A stretch of DNA of 64,000 nucleotides from an uncultured delta proteobacterium. GTDB lineage: Bacteria; Desulfobacterota; Binatia; UBA9968. Each line of letters starts with the position of its first letter. The stretch's first letter is position 1. The notes beneath the pieces are model-generated. The model saw only the letters and a list, made by a program, of their open reading frames with translations. It ran no database searches and was not told the DNA's origin. Location: the NCBI GenBank assembly GCA_963755715.1, contig CAVWLW010000056.1, positions 69,454 through 133,453 of the forward strand, written 5' to 3'. Of this stretch, positions 1-10,714 are shown piece after piece. A program made the position numbers and the translations under genes.

Positions 1-24
1 AACGGATTAAAGAAAGGAGAGCCC

Positions 25-1041
25 ATGCTCCATAGTACAGATCGAATACTCTACGTCGGCACTGAAGATGGTCTTTATCTGGCTGAGCCGGATGGAAAAG
101 AATACAAATCACGCCCGTTGGCGCTCCAAGGCAAAGGGGTATTGAGATCACCGGTGCAGATTGACCGAGATAACCCGCGCCGCATCTACGCAGCCACGAG
201 TCGCTGTGGCATGCAGCGCAGCGAAGACGGTGGTCAGAGCTGGCGCGAGATCAACAACGGCATCCTTTATAAAGAAGCTTGGTGTGTGGTTCAGCATCCG
301 CAAAGCGCCGAGCTGTTTGTCGGCACCGGTCCGTCGTCCGTTTTCAAGAGCGAAGACGGCGGCGAGAGTTGGGTCGACTGCGAACAGCTCAGAGATTTGC
401 CCGAAACCATCGATTGGACTTTCCCACGACCGCCCCACGTGAGCCACGTCAAAGGTCTTGCGCTCAGGCCTGATGATCCGCTTGTCATCCTCGGCGCCAT
501 CGAAGAAGGCTGGATCGTTCGCAGTCAGGACGGCGGCAAGAGCTGGCAAAATATCAAAGAAGGTGTCGAGTTCGACGCTCACTCCGTCGCGGTGATGCCG
601 GACAATCCAGCCGTGGTGATCGCGACTTCCGGCCAAGGCGTATACAAGAGCACCAACGGCGGCGACAGTTTCGTCGAGTCCAGCAACGGACTCGATCGTC
701 GTTACATGGCGCAACTGGTCTGCCATCCGGCGCGACCCAAGGTGCTTTTTTCCGCCGCCGCCGCGGTGCCCCCGCCATTCTGGCGCCGGCCGGAAGGCGC
801 GGCCGCCGCTTTTTTTCGCAGCGACGACCAGGGAGAGTCCTGGCGACGACTTTCCGGCGGATTGCCGGAACATTTCAAAGCAGCGCCGCGCGCGACGGCG
901 GGCGATCCGGAGGAGGCCGACGCATTTTTCGTCGGTATGACCGACGGCACGATCTGGCTGAGTGAAAACGGCGGCGAATCGTTTCGCCAAATTGTTGGCG
1001 GTTTGCCTTCTGTGTTCAGTATTCGCGTCGCTTACCACTGA
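25..1041 (+). CDS. BNR/Asp-box repeat beta-propeller protein (WD40/YVTN/BNR-like)
   Basis: 338 aa with repeated SxDGGxSW Asp-boxes; AAAGGAG RBS upstream. Confidence 0.85.
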   Translation: MLHSTDRILYVGTEDGLYLAEPDGKEYKSRPLALQGKGVLRSPVQIDRDNPRRIYAATSRCGMQRSEDGGQSWREINNGILYKEAWCVVQHPQSAELFVGTGPSSVFKSEDGGESWVDCEQLRDLPETIDWTFPRPPHVSHVKGLALRPDDPLVILGAIEEGWIVRSQDGGKSWQNIKEGVEFDAHSVAVMPDNPAVVIATSGQGVYKSTNGGDSFVESSNGLDRRYMAQLVCHPARPKVLFSAAAAVPPPFWRRPEGAAAAFFRSDDQGESWRRLSGGLPEHFKAAPRATAGDPEEADAFFVGMTDGTIWLSENGGESFRQIVGGLPSVFSIRVAYH

Positions 1042-1181
1042 GCGCGCGAATAATTCATGAAAGCCAGTAAAGACTTCGACATAGCGTAAGGCGATGCGGA
1101 AGTCTGTAATCAAACGAGAAGTCCTGCCATGCCAAATGGCAAATCGTAAGCTTTGCAGCGCAAGTCATCGCCATTGTCGTT

Positions 1182-2150
1182 ATGCCACCTTCTCAAATTG
1201 AGATCGGCCTCTTGTTGCATACGCGCCATCTGATCCGTGACGGCGGCAGCGGCTCCCACGTAAGCGAACTGTGGAAAACTGCAGAGCGCGCCGATGAAAT
1301 GGGCTTCGATCATCTGTGGGTCGGCGACAGTCCGAGGTTGTCACTGCAAGACCGAGCCCACGCCGACTGCCTCACGATCACCGCGGCTTTGGCGGCGCGA
1401 ACGAACAAAATAAGGATCGGCACGGTGCCGCTGATCTTGGCGATGCGCAATCCGGTGTTGACGGCGCACAGCTTGGCAACCTTGGATGTGATCTCCGGCG
1501 GGCGCAGCATGATCGGAGTGAGCGCGGCGCATCAATATCCATTTGCCCAACGCGAGTTCGAAGCGTGCGGCGTGCCCTTTCACCAGAGGGCAGGCCGATT
1601 GAATGAATCGATTCAACTGCTGCGGCGGTTGTGGACCGAGCCCTCGTTTGCCTTCGAGGGAAAATATTATCGCTTCGAAGAGCTGGGCATCGAGCCCAAG
1701 CCGATACAGCGGCCGATTCCCATCTGGATCGCGGCTTCGGACAACGATAACGCTCTGCGCCGCGTCGCGCGTTTGGCCGACGGCTGGTTCACCGTAGCGC
1801 ATACGCCCGCCCAATTCGCTGCGCGGCGCCGCAAGATAGATCAGTATCTCAAAGAACAGGGCCGAGCTGATAAGATTATTCCTTCGCTGCTCTTCGCCAC
1901 CTTTCATTTGAGTTATGACACCGCGGCGGAGGCGGAGGGATGGAATCTTGCAGAGAAATATTTTCATCAGCCGCGCGCAAGGCTCGGCCATCTCAGCGCT
2001 TTCTTTGGCACGCCCCGCCAATGCGCGGAGCAACTGCGCGCCTATATCGATCGCGGCCTGACAGGCATCGTCGCTCGCTTCGTCGCCGACGATGCCCACG
2101 CGCAAATGCGTTTGATGCTCGAAGAGCTGCGACCCAGATTGTCGCTGTGA
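1182..2150 (+). CDS. LLM-class flavin-dependent oxidoreductase (luciferase-like)
   Basis: GFDHLWVGD, LAARTNKIRIGT, LATLDVISGGR, PKPIQRPIPIWIA motifs. Confidence 0.88.
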   Translation: MPPSQIEIGLLLHTRHLIRDGGSGSHVSELWKTAERADEMGFDHLWVGDSPRLSLQDRAHADCLTITAALAARTNKIRIGTVPLILAMRNPVLTAHSLATLDVISGGRSMIGVSAAHQYPFAQREFEACGVPFHQRAGRLNESIQLLRRLWTEPSFAFEGKYYRFEELGIEPKPIQRPIPIWIAASDNDNALRRVARLADGWFTVAHTPAQFAARRRKIDQYLKEQGRADKIIPSLLFATFHLSYDTAAEAEGWNLAEKYFHQPRARLGHLSAFFGTPRQCAEQLRAYIDRGLTGIVARFVADDAHAQMRLMLEELRPRLSL

Positions 2151-2254
2151 TCCGTGAGATGAATGAATCAAGTCTGCAAAGAAGGTCGCGCGATTTTGTG
2201 ATCGAGAATTGTTTTCTTCGTCTGGCAGCGAGGAATTGAGTTTCAGGAGGTAAT

Positions 2255-3278
2255 ATGGCGCGCTCGAGTAAGCTTTTAGTGGCGATGCAAGGCAAGGGAG
2301 TCTTTGTCGTCGATCTCGCGGAGCGGAGCGTTGTCTCCGGTCTCCATGATTGTATCGTTGTGGCGCCGAGTCCCGACAATGGCGAGACTTTTTTCGCGGG
2401 AACGGACAAGGGCCAGTACAAGAGCATCGATGGCGGTAGAAACTGGCAGCTCAAAGGATTGGAGCAATACAAGATCTTTTCCCTGGCGTTTCATCCGTCC
2501 GATCCGAAGACAATCTACGCCGGCACGGAGCCGGCGTTGCTCTTTCGCAGCAGCGACGGCGGCGAAACCTGGACGGAACTCGATGGTGTGAGAAAGCTGC
2601 CGGGACGCAGTAAATGGTGCTACCCCGCGCCGCCGTACATCGCGCATATCAAAGGCATCGCCATTCATCCCGAGGATCCGGAAGTGATGTACTGCTCGAT
2701 CGAGGAGGGCGGTGTGATTCAGAGCCTCGATGCCGGCGAGAGTTGGCGCTACGTGAGCAAAGGGCGAGGCCGAGACTTTTCGTCCGGTAAGCCGCGTCAC
2801 CGGAGTCTATCAAGATTGTCACGTGGTGCGCATCTCACCCCATGATCCGGACAGTCTTTTTCTGACAACCGGAGACGGCCTTTACCGCAGCGACGACTGC
2901 GGCAAGAGCTGGCGCAGGATCGATCGCGGTTACCGCATGAAAAAATATTTCGGCTCCGTCGTGCTTCATCCTGACGACCCGAAAGTCATCTATGCGACGG
3001 CCTCTGCCGCGCCGCCGAGCGGCGCGAAAAACGAAAGCTCGGTGTACAAGAGCACGGACGACGGCGTGAGTTTCAAAGAGATCGCCACCGAGATTCGCCC
3101 GCTCTATATCGTCGGATGGAACGGTCTGGCGATGGACCCGTTGGACGCCGACTCGCTTTATTTTGGCGCGGCGGACGGAAAGCTTTATAACAGCGCTGAC
3201 GGCGGTGAAAGCTGGCGCAAGCTCGACGTCGAGCTGCCCAGCGAGGGAAGAATTCGCACGATTGCATGCGCGCCATAA
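2255..3278 (+). CDS. BNR/Asp-box repeat protein, split by a frameshift near 2777
   Basis: ORFs 2255-2845 and 2823-3278 both carry Asp-boxes; removing one T from TTTT (2777-2780) joins them. Confidence 0.8.
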
Positions 3279-3366
3279 TCCCGCGCAAGCGCTCGGGATG
3301 GCGGGGTCGCGCCCGTCACTTTGCGTTCTTGGCATCGTGACGCAGGGAAAATGTAGGAGAACCAGC

Positions 3367-4581
3367 ATGGAAGCACCGGCTGATATTAAATGGACGGGAT
3401 ATTCGTTAGCCGAGCGCGACTGGCGCTGGCGGCGCGTGCGCGAGGGCGCCGCGCAGGCTGGCTTCGATTGCATCCTCGTGCCGCTCTGCGTCGATGGACG
3501 CAATTTACATCTCTCACTAGAGCAGGCGCGCGGCACGCGCTCGGATTGCCGCTTTCTCACTTGCCTCGACAACGCCGCAGTGATTTTGCCGAGCGACGGC
3601 CGCGAGCCAATCATTGTTTCTGACCAAGAGTCCGGCAACGACTGGGTGCCGGAGCCTCGGCCGGTGGAGAATTCCTGGGGCGAAAGCATGACGCGGGCGC
3701 TGTTGGACGCCGGTATGGAGCGCGCGCGCATCGGCGTCTCCGGCATTCGCCGCGGCTTTTATACCCACGGTCGGGCGTTTCACGGCGTCGTCAATCACAG
3801 CTCCTACGCGGAAGTGCTGCGCCGTTTGCCCAACGCGCGATTCGAGAACGCCACGGAAGTGGTCGGTCATGCGCGCTACGTCAAAAGTGCCGAGCAGATC
3901 GCCTGCCTTAGACGTGGCGCGGCGATCGCCGCGGCTGGCATCGACAAAATGATCGAGCTTGCCAAGCCCGGCATGGATGAGGGCTTGCTCTACACCCGTG
4001 TGATGCAGCGGATGGTCGGGCTGGGCAGCGAATATTATCCGATGGCTTTTTACAGCGGGCTGCACGGCGGCGGCCGACTGCCACGCTTCGAAGATCCGAC
4101 AGAAGGCAGAACGCTGCAACCGAATTATCGCATTGCCAACGAAGTGGACGCCGTGTTCGGCGGCCTGATCGCGCAGGAGCAGCAGCCGATTTTTCTTGGC
4201 CGGATTCCCGATGCCTGGAAGCCGGCGATCGACCTTCAGCGTGACATGTACTACGCCGCTTTAGAGCATCTGACACCGGGTCAGCCGTTCGCGCAGTTCA
4301 TGGATTTAGTCAATAGCTTCGGTGAAAAGCGCGGCATGAAAAGCCAACTGCTCATGCACGGGCGCGGTTACGGCGACGACGGCCCGCTCTTCACGCCGCA
4401 AAACCGCGGCGGGCGCAATCGCGACCTGCTGATCGAAAAAGATTGCGTGTTCATCGTCAAGCCGATTGCGCACAGCGCGGACGGAACATTCGATACCAGT
4501 TGGGGCGGCTGCGTGCTCGTGACGGAAAACGGCGGCGAGCCTCTGGTGAAGCGTACGCCGGGAATGGTGTCGATCACATAG
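3367..4581 (+). CDS. M24 (aminopeptidase P/creatinase fold) family protein
   Basis: RYVKSAEQI linker, HGRGYG, VLVTENG; ATG at 3367 after AGGAG. Confidence 0.8.
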   Translation: MEAPADIKWTGYSLAERDWRWRRVREGAAQAGFDCILVPLCVDGRNLHLSLEQARGTRSDCRFLTCLDNAAVILPSDGREPIIVSDQESGNDWVPEPRPVENSWGESMTRALLDAGMERARIGVSGIRRGFYTHGRAFHGVVNHSSYAEVLRRLPNARFENATEVVGHARYVKSAEQIACLRRGAAIAAAGIDKMIELAKPGMDEGLLYTRVMQRMVGLGSEYYPMAFYSGLHGGGRLPRFEDPTEGRTLQPNYRIANEVDAVFGGLIAQEQQPIFLGRIPDAWKPAIDLQRDMYYAALEHLTPGQPFAQFMDLVNSFGEKRGMKSQLLMHGRGYGDDGPLFTPQNRGGRNRDLLIEKDCVFIVKPIAHSADGTFDTSWGGCVLVTENGGEPLVKRTPGMVSIT

Positions 4582-4584
4582 AAC

Positions 4585-4685
4585 GAGTCTAGAGTTTGGC
4601 GTCTGGAGTCTAGGGTTTACAGAAAATCGGAAACAGCCGGCTTCCTTCTGCCTAACGCTAGACCCTAGACTCCAGACACGAGACC
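4585..4685. repeat. Intergenic inverted repeat built of 7-nt units
   Basis: GTCTGGAGTCTAGGGT (4601-4616) pairs perfectly with ACCCTAGACTCCAGAC (4662-4677). Confidence 0.8.
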
Positions 4686-4698
4686 GAAGGAGTTAATC

Positions 4699-5889
4699 AT
4701 GCCTTGGACAGCACCGCCGGGAGCCGGCGCGACGGTACACATCTGGAACGGTTATTCGCTTGGGGAGCGCGACCGGCGCTGGAAAGCTGTGAGAGAAAAT
4801 GCCGGTAAGGCCGGCTTCGACTGTATTCTAATCCCGTTGGGCAATGGAGCGGACGGACGCTACATGACGCAGCTCCGATGCTCGGCCATGGCACTGCCAA
4901 CCGACGGCCGCGCGCCGATTATTATCGCTGACCGCAGCTCCACTAACGCATGGGTGCCGGAGCCTTGGCAAACCGGCCGCGAGTGGGCCGAACCGATGGC
5001 CGAAGCACTGCTTGATCTCGGCATGGAGCGCGCGCGCATCGGCGTCGCGGGCTTGAAAGGCGGGTCTGTCACGCACTGCGACTCGATCGATGGCGTAGTG
5101 AACCATACCGCGCTCGAATATGTGAAGAGCAAAGTGCCGAACGCGACTTTCGATGATGCGACGGACGTTATCGGCTTCGCGCGCTACGTCAAAAGCGCAG
5201 AAGAAATCGCGTTTGTGCGAGAATCGGCGCAGGTCGCGTCAGCGGGACTCGATGAGTTGATCAAGCTCGCGCGTCCCGGTGTGGACGCCGGCGCGCTCTA
5301 TTCCGACGCGCTGTCACGCCTGCTCGAGCTGCGCAGTGAATATTTTCCATTGACTCTGACCATCGATTCCATCGGCGCGCAAAAACCCAAACGCTATGTC
5401 AATCCGCCGATTGGGCGGCGCCTCGAGCCCAACGCGCTGATCACCAATGAAGTCAACGCGATTCGCGGCGCGCAACTGACCCAAGTGTGCCAACCGATAT
5501 TGCTCGGCAAAATTCCCGACGAGTGGAAACCGGTGATCGCGCTGCATAAAGAAGTGTATGAAGCGGGCTTGGCGATGATCAAGCCGGGCACGACGTTCGG
5601 CGCGTTGAGCGATTTCGTAAATGGCTTCGGCGCCAAACGTGGAATGAAAACAGTCATGCAGCTGCAAGGCTGCGGCTATGGCGACGACGGGCCGCTGTTC
5701 ACCGCGAAGGCGCGTAGCGACCGTGTGCGCGATATACCGATTGAAAAAGGCAACGTGTTCGTCTGGAAGCCACTGGCGATGTCGGCCGATGAAAAGATTC
5801 AATTCAGTTTCGGCGGGCCGGTGATCGTCGGGGAGCGTGGCTGCGAAACCCTTTTTAAGCGCGAGCACGGGATGGTGGCGATTGCTTGA
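4699..5889 (+). CDS. M24 family protein, tandem paralog of 3367-4581
   Basis: Colinear with the upstream gene (GYSLxERD, GFDCIL, RYVKSAE, GYGDDGPLFT). Confidence 0.8.
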   Translation: MPWTAPPGAGATVHIWNGYSLGERDRRWKAVRENAGKAGFDCILIPLGNGADGRYMTQLRCSAMALPTDGRAPIIIADRSSTNAWVPEPWQTGREWAEPMAEALLDLGMERARIGVAGLKGGSVTHCDSIDGVVNHTALEYVKSKVPNATFDDATDVIGFARYVKSAEEIAFVRESAQVASAGLDELIKLARPGVDAGALYSDALSRLLELRSEYFPLTLTIDSIGAQKPKRYVNPPIGRRLEPNALITNEVNAIRGAQLTQVCQPILLGKIPDEWKPVIALHKEVYEAGLAMIKPGTTFGALSDFVNGFGAKRGMKTVMQLQGCGYGDDGPLFTAKARSDRVRDIPIEKGNVFVWKPLAMSADEKIQFSFGGPVIVGERGCETLFKREHGMVAIA

Positions 5890-5909
5890 GCAGCTTCAGC
5901 GGAGGCTTG

Positions 5910-6905
5910 ATGTTTAGGTCTGTGTTCACAACCGCCGTCTTGATCTTGATTGCTCACGCGTATTCAGTCGAAGCGCAAGAGCTTAAGAGAATCACAATGG
6001 GGTATCCCTCGCTCGCTTTCACGCAGAGCCATATCTGGGTGGCGAAGGAACAGGGGTTATTTCGAAAATACGGTTTGGAAGTCGATCCGGTTTTTTTGCG
6101 CGGCGGCCAGGTAGCGACGCAAGCGCTCGCCGCCGGCGAACCGCCGATCGTGAACGTGGGCACGGTGATTCAAGCTAATCTGACGGGATATAATCTGGTG
6201 CTCATCATCAGCATGGAGAACAAATTCTACCAGCTCGTGTTCGTCCGGCCCGGCATCGCCAGCCTAGAGCAGTTGAAAGGCAAAAAACTTGGGATCAGCG
6301 GCTTCGGCTCGATCACGCACTATGCCGCGCAAATTTTACTCAAACATCTCAATCTCGAACCCAACAAAGACGTTGCATTGATCGCCGGCGGACCGGACGC
6401 GGAGCGACTGGGCGCCATGAGCGCCGGCAAGATCGACGCGTCATTTTTCAATTTATCGACGGCACCGATCGCGAGAAAAATGGGCTTCGTCGATTTGCTG
6501 CAGATTGCCGACTTGGGAGTCGAAGTGCAGGGCAACGGCCTGGCGACTTCGCGCGCCTATTTGAAGACCAATAGAGATACGGTGAAGAACGCCATGAAAG
6601 GATATCTGGAAGCGATTCACTTTATTTACGCCAACAAAGCGGAGGCGCAAAAAGTGTTCGCCAAATACATGCGCACCAACGATACTGAGGTGCTGGAGAC
6701 TTCGTATCAGAATTACGTGAAGACGATCCCGCGCAAACCGGCTTTCACGCCGAAGGGGATTCAGTTCATCCTCGACATGCTGGCGCCGCAAATGCCGCAG
6801 GCTAAGACGGCCAAACCCGAGCAGTTCTTCGATGCCAGTCTGATGAATGAACTGGAGAAAGAAGGGTTCTTCGTCGAAATGGCGAAGCGGTATCCGGCGA
6901 AATAG
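5910..6905 (+). CDS. ABC transporter substrate-binding protein (NitT/TauT, NMT1/THI5-like)
   Basis: Signal peptide, AKEQGLFRKYGLEV, LKGKKLGIS. Confidence 0.85.
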   Translation: MFRSVFTTAVLILIAHAYSVEAQELKRITMGYPSLAFTQSHIWVAKEQGLFRKYGLEVDPVFLRGGQVATQALAAGEPPIVNVGTVIQANLTGYNLVLIISMENKFYQLVFVRPGIASLEQLKGKKLGISGFGSITHYAAQILLKHLNLEPNKDVALIAGGPDAERLGAMSAGKIDASFFNLSTAPIARKMGFVDLLQIADLGVEVQGNGLATSRAYLKTNRDTVKNAMKGYLEAIHFIYANKAEAQKVFAKYMRTNDTEVLETSYQNYVKTIPRKPAFTPKGIQFILDMLAPQMPQAKTAKPEQFFDASLMNELEKEGFFVEMAKRYPAK

Positions 6906-6926
6906 AGAACGACGTTCCCTGTCGGG

Positions 6927-7467
6927 TCAAAATGTTTTGCTTCCTTCCGGCGGTTTTACGTCAAACATTCTAATGACGGTCCCGATGGTCATGTAGTGGC
7001 CGAGGAGTCCGACGGCTTCGATAAACTTGGCGCGGCCGAATTCGCTTTCCATGCGCGCAAACAACTCGTCCGACAGCGTGTGTTCGTGCATGCAGCGTGC
7101 GGGTAAACTCGACGAGCAGCCGCTCTCGGCCGGCGAATTGGTCGAGAGGCGCTTTGGCGCGCAGAGCTTCGATGACTTCCGGACCAATTCCGAATTTATG
7201 GGCGCGAATTTCGTGCCGTGACCAGGCGTAGCGCGCGTCGACTTCGCGCGCGGCGGTCAGGATGATGATCTCGCGGTCGGCGTCGGCGAGCAGAGAGTGA
7301 TCGCGGAAGTAGTCTTCGGTTGCCGCCAAGTGATCGGCCATTGCCGGGGAATGCATCAACATGGAATAGGGGCCGCCACCGCCGCTGCGCTTGGCGTGAA
7401 TGCGGTCCCATATTTGCTGATGATCGGATGTCAGGTCTTCTCGTTTTACGGCTGGCAGTCGGCTCAT
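6927..7467 (-). CDS. Carboxymuconolactone decarboxylase/AhpD-like protein, frameshift near 7090
   Basis: REIIILTAAREVDARYAWSRH in 6970-7467 continues as HTLSDELF...LLGHY in 6927-7187. Confidence 0.75.
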
Positions 7468-7476
7468 ATTTGCTCC

Positions 7477-8413
7477 TTAGTGCAAGGTCATCGTTAGATT
7501 CATCAATTTCAATGCGGCCCGGCCGGCGATGCCATAGGGATTGCCTATGGTTTCTTGCATTTCGAAGTGATTGAAGCCTTCGCCGACAATCAGCTCGACC
7601 GGTTTGCCCGCGGCTTTCACCGCGGCGGCGAAATCGCGATTTTGCCGCTGGAACTCGGGAGTCTCCTGAGTCCCGTAAGCGACGATGATCGGCGCGTTCA
7701 GTTTATCCAAATGACGCTGCGAGCTGAGCGCTTGTTCGATCTCGTCGGTAAAGTTGACGTATTCGCTTCGCTTCGAAAGTCTGACCGGTTTCAAATCGTA
7801 CATTCCACTGACCAAAAGGCCGCCCTTAATAACGTTTGCAGGCAGGCCGAAATCTTTCTGCCAATCGGTGACGAGAGTGCATCCGGCGAGATGCGCGCCG
7901 GAGGAATGCCCGGTGATGTAGATGCGATTCGGATCGCCGCCGAAACGCTGCGGCGTTCCTGTAGACCCAAGCTACCGCGCTGCGAACTTGCCGCGCCATC
8001 GGCATTAGATTGCCGCCGGCATTATGCACCTGAACGAAGTCGGGTATGACAAAGTGGGCGCCGGCGGTGATAAACATTTCGGCCAAATACGCCGAGTCTC
8101 TCGCTTGACCGTTGCGCCACGCGCCGCCGTGAACGAAGATGTTTATCGGCGCGTTGGGCCGCGAAGTTTTGTAGATGTCGAGCTTTTCATCTTCGGAGGC
8201 CCCATAAGCAATGCGCTCCGGCGTGACCCGTTTGAGCATCGCTTCGCTGGCAAGCCTGCGTCTGGTGGTGATGAATTGTTGGTTGGGTGCATAAACGCTC
8301 TGATCGTAGGCGTCGTCGAGCTCCTTTTGATCCATGTCGAGCCAGACAAGCGGACCTTTCGTGCGGGGAGAGGATTGCGACAGAGTTTGTCCCGCAGGGG
8401 AATTTTCAGCCAT
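7477..8413 (-). CDS. Alpha/beta hydrolase (arylformamidase-like), frameshift near 7945
   Basis: FVHGGAW; the corrected frame restores GHSSGAHL and joins VSGMYDL...NHF. Confidence 0.8.
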
Positions 8414-8434
8414 ATTAATTTCCTGTACTTTCAT

Positions 8435-8465
8435 CGTTCAAAACGTTCAAGTCGTTCAAACCGTT
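8435..8465. repeat. Short tandem repeat, 9-nt period (CGTTCAA core x3)
   Basis: cgttcaa at 8435, 8444 and 8453. Confidence 0.6.
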
Positions 8466-8500
8466 AGCACGTAAAGGTCAACGCCATGCAGTGCGACGAC

Positions 8501-9565
8501 CTAATTGATCCCATAAAACTTCTTCGCGTTGGTCGCGAGGATCGCTTCTTTATCATCTTGGTTAACGTCTTCGCGCGCGAGCAACTCGTCGATCTCGTGG
8601 CGGCAATGCTTGGCGTCGAAGCTTTCGTGCGGAAAATCGGTGGCGAAAAGAAACGCTTCATTGCCCGCTTCCTTAATGGCAAATCCCAAACCGCGGTCAT
8701 CGCAGTCGAAGCCGACGAAAATTCTGCCGGCCTTCACATGCCGACGAAAATATTCGCTCGCCATGACATCGGGTTGAGAGCTAGGCAAGAAGTCGCCATG
8801 GATGTCGACCTGCAAATGGTGCGGATAGGAGCGGTCGAGGCGGTCCATGAAAAACGGCACCCACGTGGCGCCGCCTTCGAGAAAACCGACGCGCAGTTTA
8901 GGGAATCGATCGAATACGCCGTAGGACAACATCGCAGCGGCTTGCGCCATGATGCCGAACGGATGACCGAGGGCATGCACGGGGTAATAAACGCCGATCG
9001 AATCCATGCCGAGGTGATGGAGCGCGCCGACGTGTATCGCCAGCGGCGCGTTGAGTTTTTCCGCTTCTTCGTAAATCGCCCAGTAGATCTTCGCGCCGAA
9101 GTGGCCTTTGATACCCTCGCCGTTGGACGGCAGCATGGCCCCGGCCATGCCGAGCTCTTTCACCGCGCGGCGCATTTCCGCGCATGCGGCATCCGCGTCT
9201 TGGATCGGAATCAGCGCCATCCCTTTGATGCGCGGGCTGACGTTGGTGAATTTTTCGTAGAGCCAATTATTGTACGCTCGACAGGCGGCGATGGCCCAAT
9301 CTTCGGCGATGATCCGGCCGACGGCCAATCCCGCGGTTGGATATACGACGGTCCAGTCGATTCCAACCTCGTCGAGAAAATTCACCCATTCCTGGGGTCC
9401 GACGGTGCCGGTGCGCGAGCGCTTTTCGCCACCCTCCAAGAAATGGAAGTGGATGTGGTCGAATGCGGGGAAAACTTGGCTGCGATTTCCCGGCGGCATG
9501 TATTTGGAGATTTCGTCCATACAGGGCCGATCGTTGACGTGGCCATCGGCGTCGATGATTTGCAT
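8501..9565 (-). CDS. Amidohydrolase 2 family protein
   Basis: IIDADGH, AYNNWL, FLEGG, FATDFPH. Confidence 0.9.
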   Translation of the reverse strand: MQIIDADGHVNDRPCMDEISKYMPPGNRSQVFPAFDHIHFHFLEGGEKRSRTGTVGPQEWVNFLDEVGIDWTVVYPTAGLAVGRIIAEDWAIAACRAYNNWLYEKFTNVSPRIKGMALIPIQDADAACAEMRRAVKELGMAGAMLPSNGEGIKGHFGAKIYWAIYEEAEKLNAPLAIHVGALHHLGMDSIGVYYPVHALGHPFGIMAQAAAMLSYGVFDRFPKLRVGFLEGGATWVPFFMDRLDRSYPHHLQVDIHGDFLPSSQPDVMASEYFRRHVKAGRIFVGFDCDDRGLGFAIKEAGNEAFLFATDFPHESFDAKHCRHEIDELLAREDVNQDDKEAILATNAKKFYGIN

Positions 9566-9600
9566 CAGGTTCGATCCCTTTCACCCGCGATACTGTCACG

Positions 9601-9630
9601 GCTATAACAAGCCGTCTTGATAGCTGTCAA
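9601..9630 (-). promoter_or_regulatory. Putative sigma70 promoter of the amidohydrolase operon
   Basis: TTGACA-N17-TTATAG on the minus strand. Confidence 0.5.
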
Positions 9631-9697
9631 CGCTGGGCCATTTCGAATTTCGCATTGACGGCAAAATTCCGATCATGTTAGGAGCAATGCGCAGGTA

Positions 9698-10714
9698 ATG
9701 GAGGCAGAAATGAAATGGGTCCGATGGATTATCGTCTTCGGCGTGTTGTCATCCCAGACTTGTGTCTTCGCTCAAGACGCCAAACTTGTCGAGGCGGCAA
9801 AGAAAGAAGGCGCAAAGGTTATCATCTACGGGTCGCTGGAGACTCCGGTGTTGGAGGGAGTGATCCAGGCGTTTCGCAAGAAGACCGGGATAACGGCTGA
9901 GTATTGGCGCGCCTCGGCGATGAGCGTGATGAATCGGGCGATGACCGAATATCGCGCTGGAAAACCCGGGTACGATGTCGTGCTCAACAATTCCGATCCG
10001 CTCGTCATCATGGCGAATGAGGGCATACTGGCCCAATACGATTCTCCCACTGCAAAGAAGTATCTCAAAGATCAGATCGACCCCCGCTTTGGCCCGATCA
10101 CTCGGTACGGCATCGTCGGTGTCGTTTATCACAAGGGATTGGTCAAGCCGGATGACGCCCCTAAGTCGATCGAAGATCTCGTCAATCCAAAATACAAAGG
10201 GATGCTGGTGATGGCCGATCCGACACTGCACGTGACCACGATCCAATGGCTGAGCAGCCTGCATAAGATCATGACCAAGGAAAGAGTCGACAAGTTCATC
10301 CGCGACCTGGCGGCAATGAAGCCGACGCTGGTAGAGTCGATGTTGCCGGCGTCGGAACGGGTGGCCAACGGAGAAATTCCCATCGCCCTCACATTCGTCA
10401 AATTTGCTTACAGCGCGGCGCAAAGCGGCGCGCCGCTCGATTATGTCAGGGTTGACAGGATGCTTGGTGACAGCCACTTTGTCGTGCTTGGCAACAAGGC
10501 GCTGCACCCCAACGGCGGCAAAGCGTTTATTGATTTCTATCTCGACGACGAGAGCATGAAGATTCTCGCCCAAAACGGGGAGTTCGTTAACCGCAAAGGA
10601 ATTTACCCGCCGCTGCCTGGCGCGGAGAGGATTCAGTACGTGCAGATGGAAGTGCTCGAAGCGAAAGCATTCGAGGATAAGAAAAAAGAATTCGGCAAGA
10701 TATTTTCAAAATGA
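9698..10714 (+). CDS. Extracellular solute-binding protein (Fe3+/polyamine-type ABC SBP)
   Basis: Signal peptide, AAKKEG, PKSIEDL...YKG, HPNGGKAFIDF. Confidence 0.85.
   Translation: MEAEMKWVRWIIVFGVLSSQTCVFAQDAKLVEAAKKEGAKVIIYGSLETPVLEGVIQAFRKKTGITAEYWRASAMSVMNRAMTEYRAGKPGYDVVLNNSDPLVIMANEGILAQYDSPTAKKYLKDQIDPRFGPITRYGIVGVVYHKGLVKPDDAPKSIEDLVNPKYKGMLVMADPTLHVTTIQWLSSLHKIMTKERVDKFIRDLAAMKPTLVESMLPASERVANGEIPIALTFVKFAYSAAQSGAPLDYVRVDRMLGDSHFVVLGNKALHPNGGKAFIDFYLDDESMKILAQNGEFVNRKGIYPPLPGAERIQYVQMEVLEAKAFEDKKKEFGKIFSK

Noticed and set aside
3163-3366. N-terminal extension of the M24 ORF
   Set aside because: Overlaps the BNR gene; RBS and paralog alignment support ATG 3367
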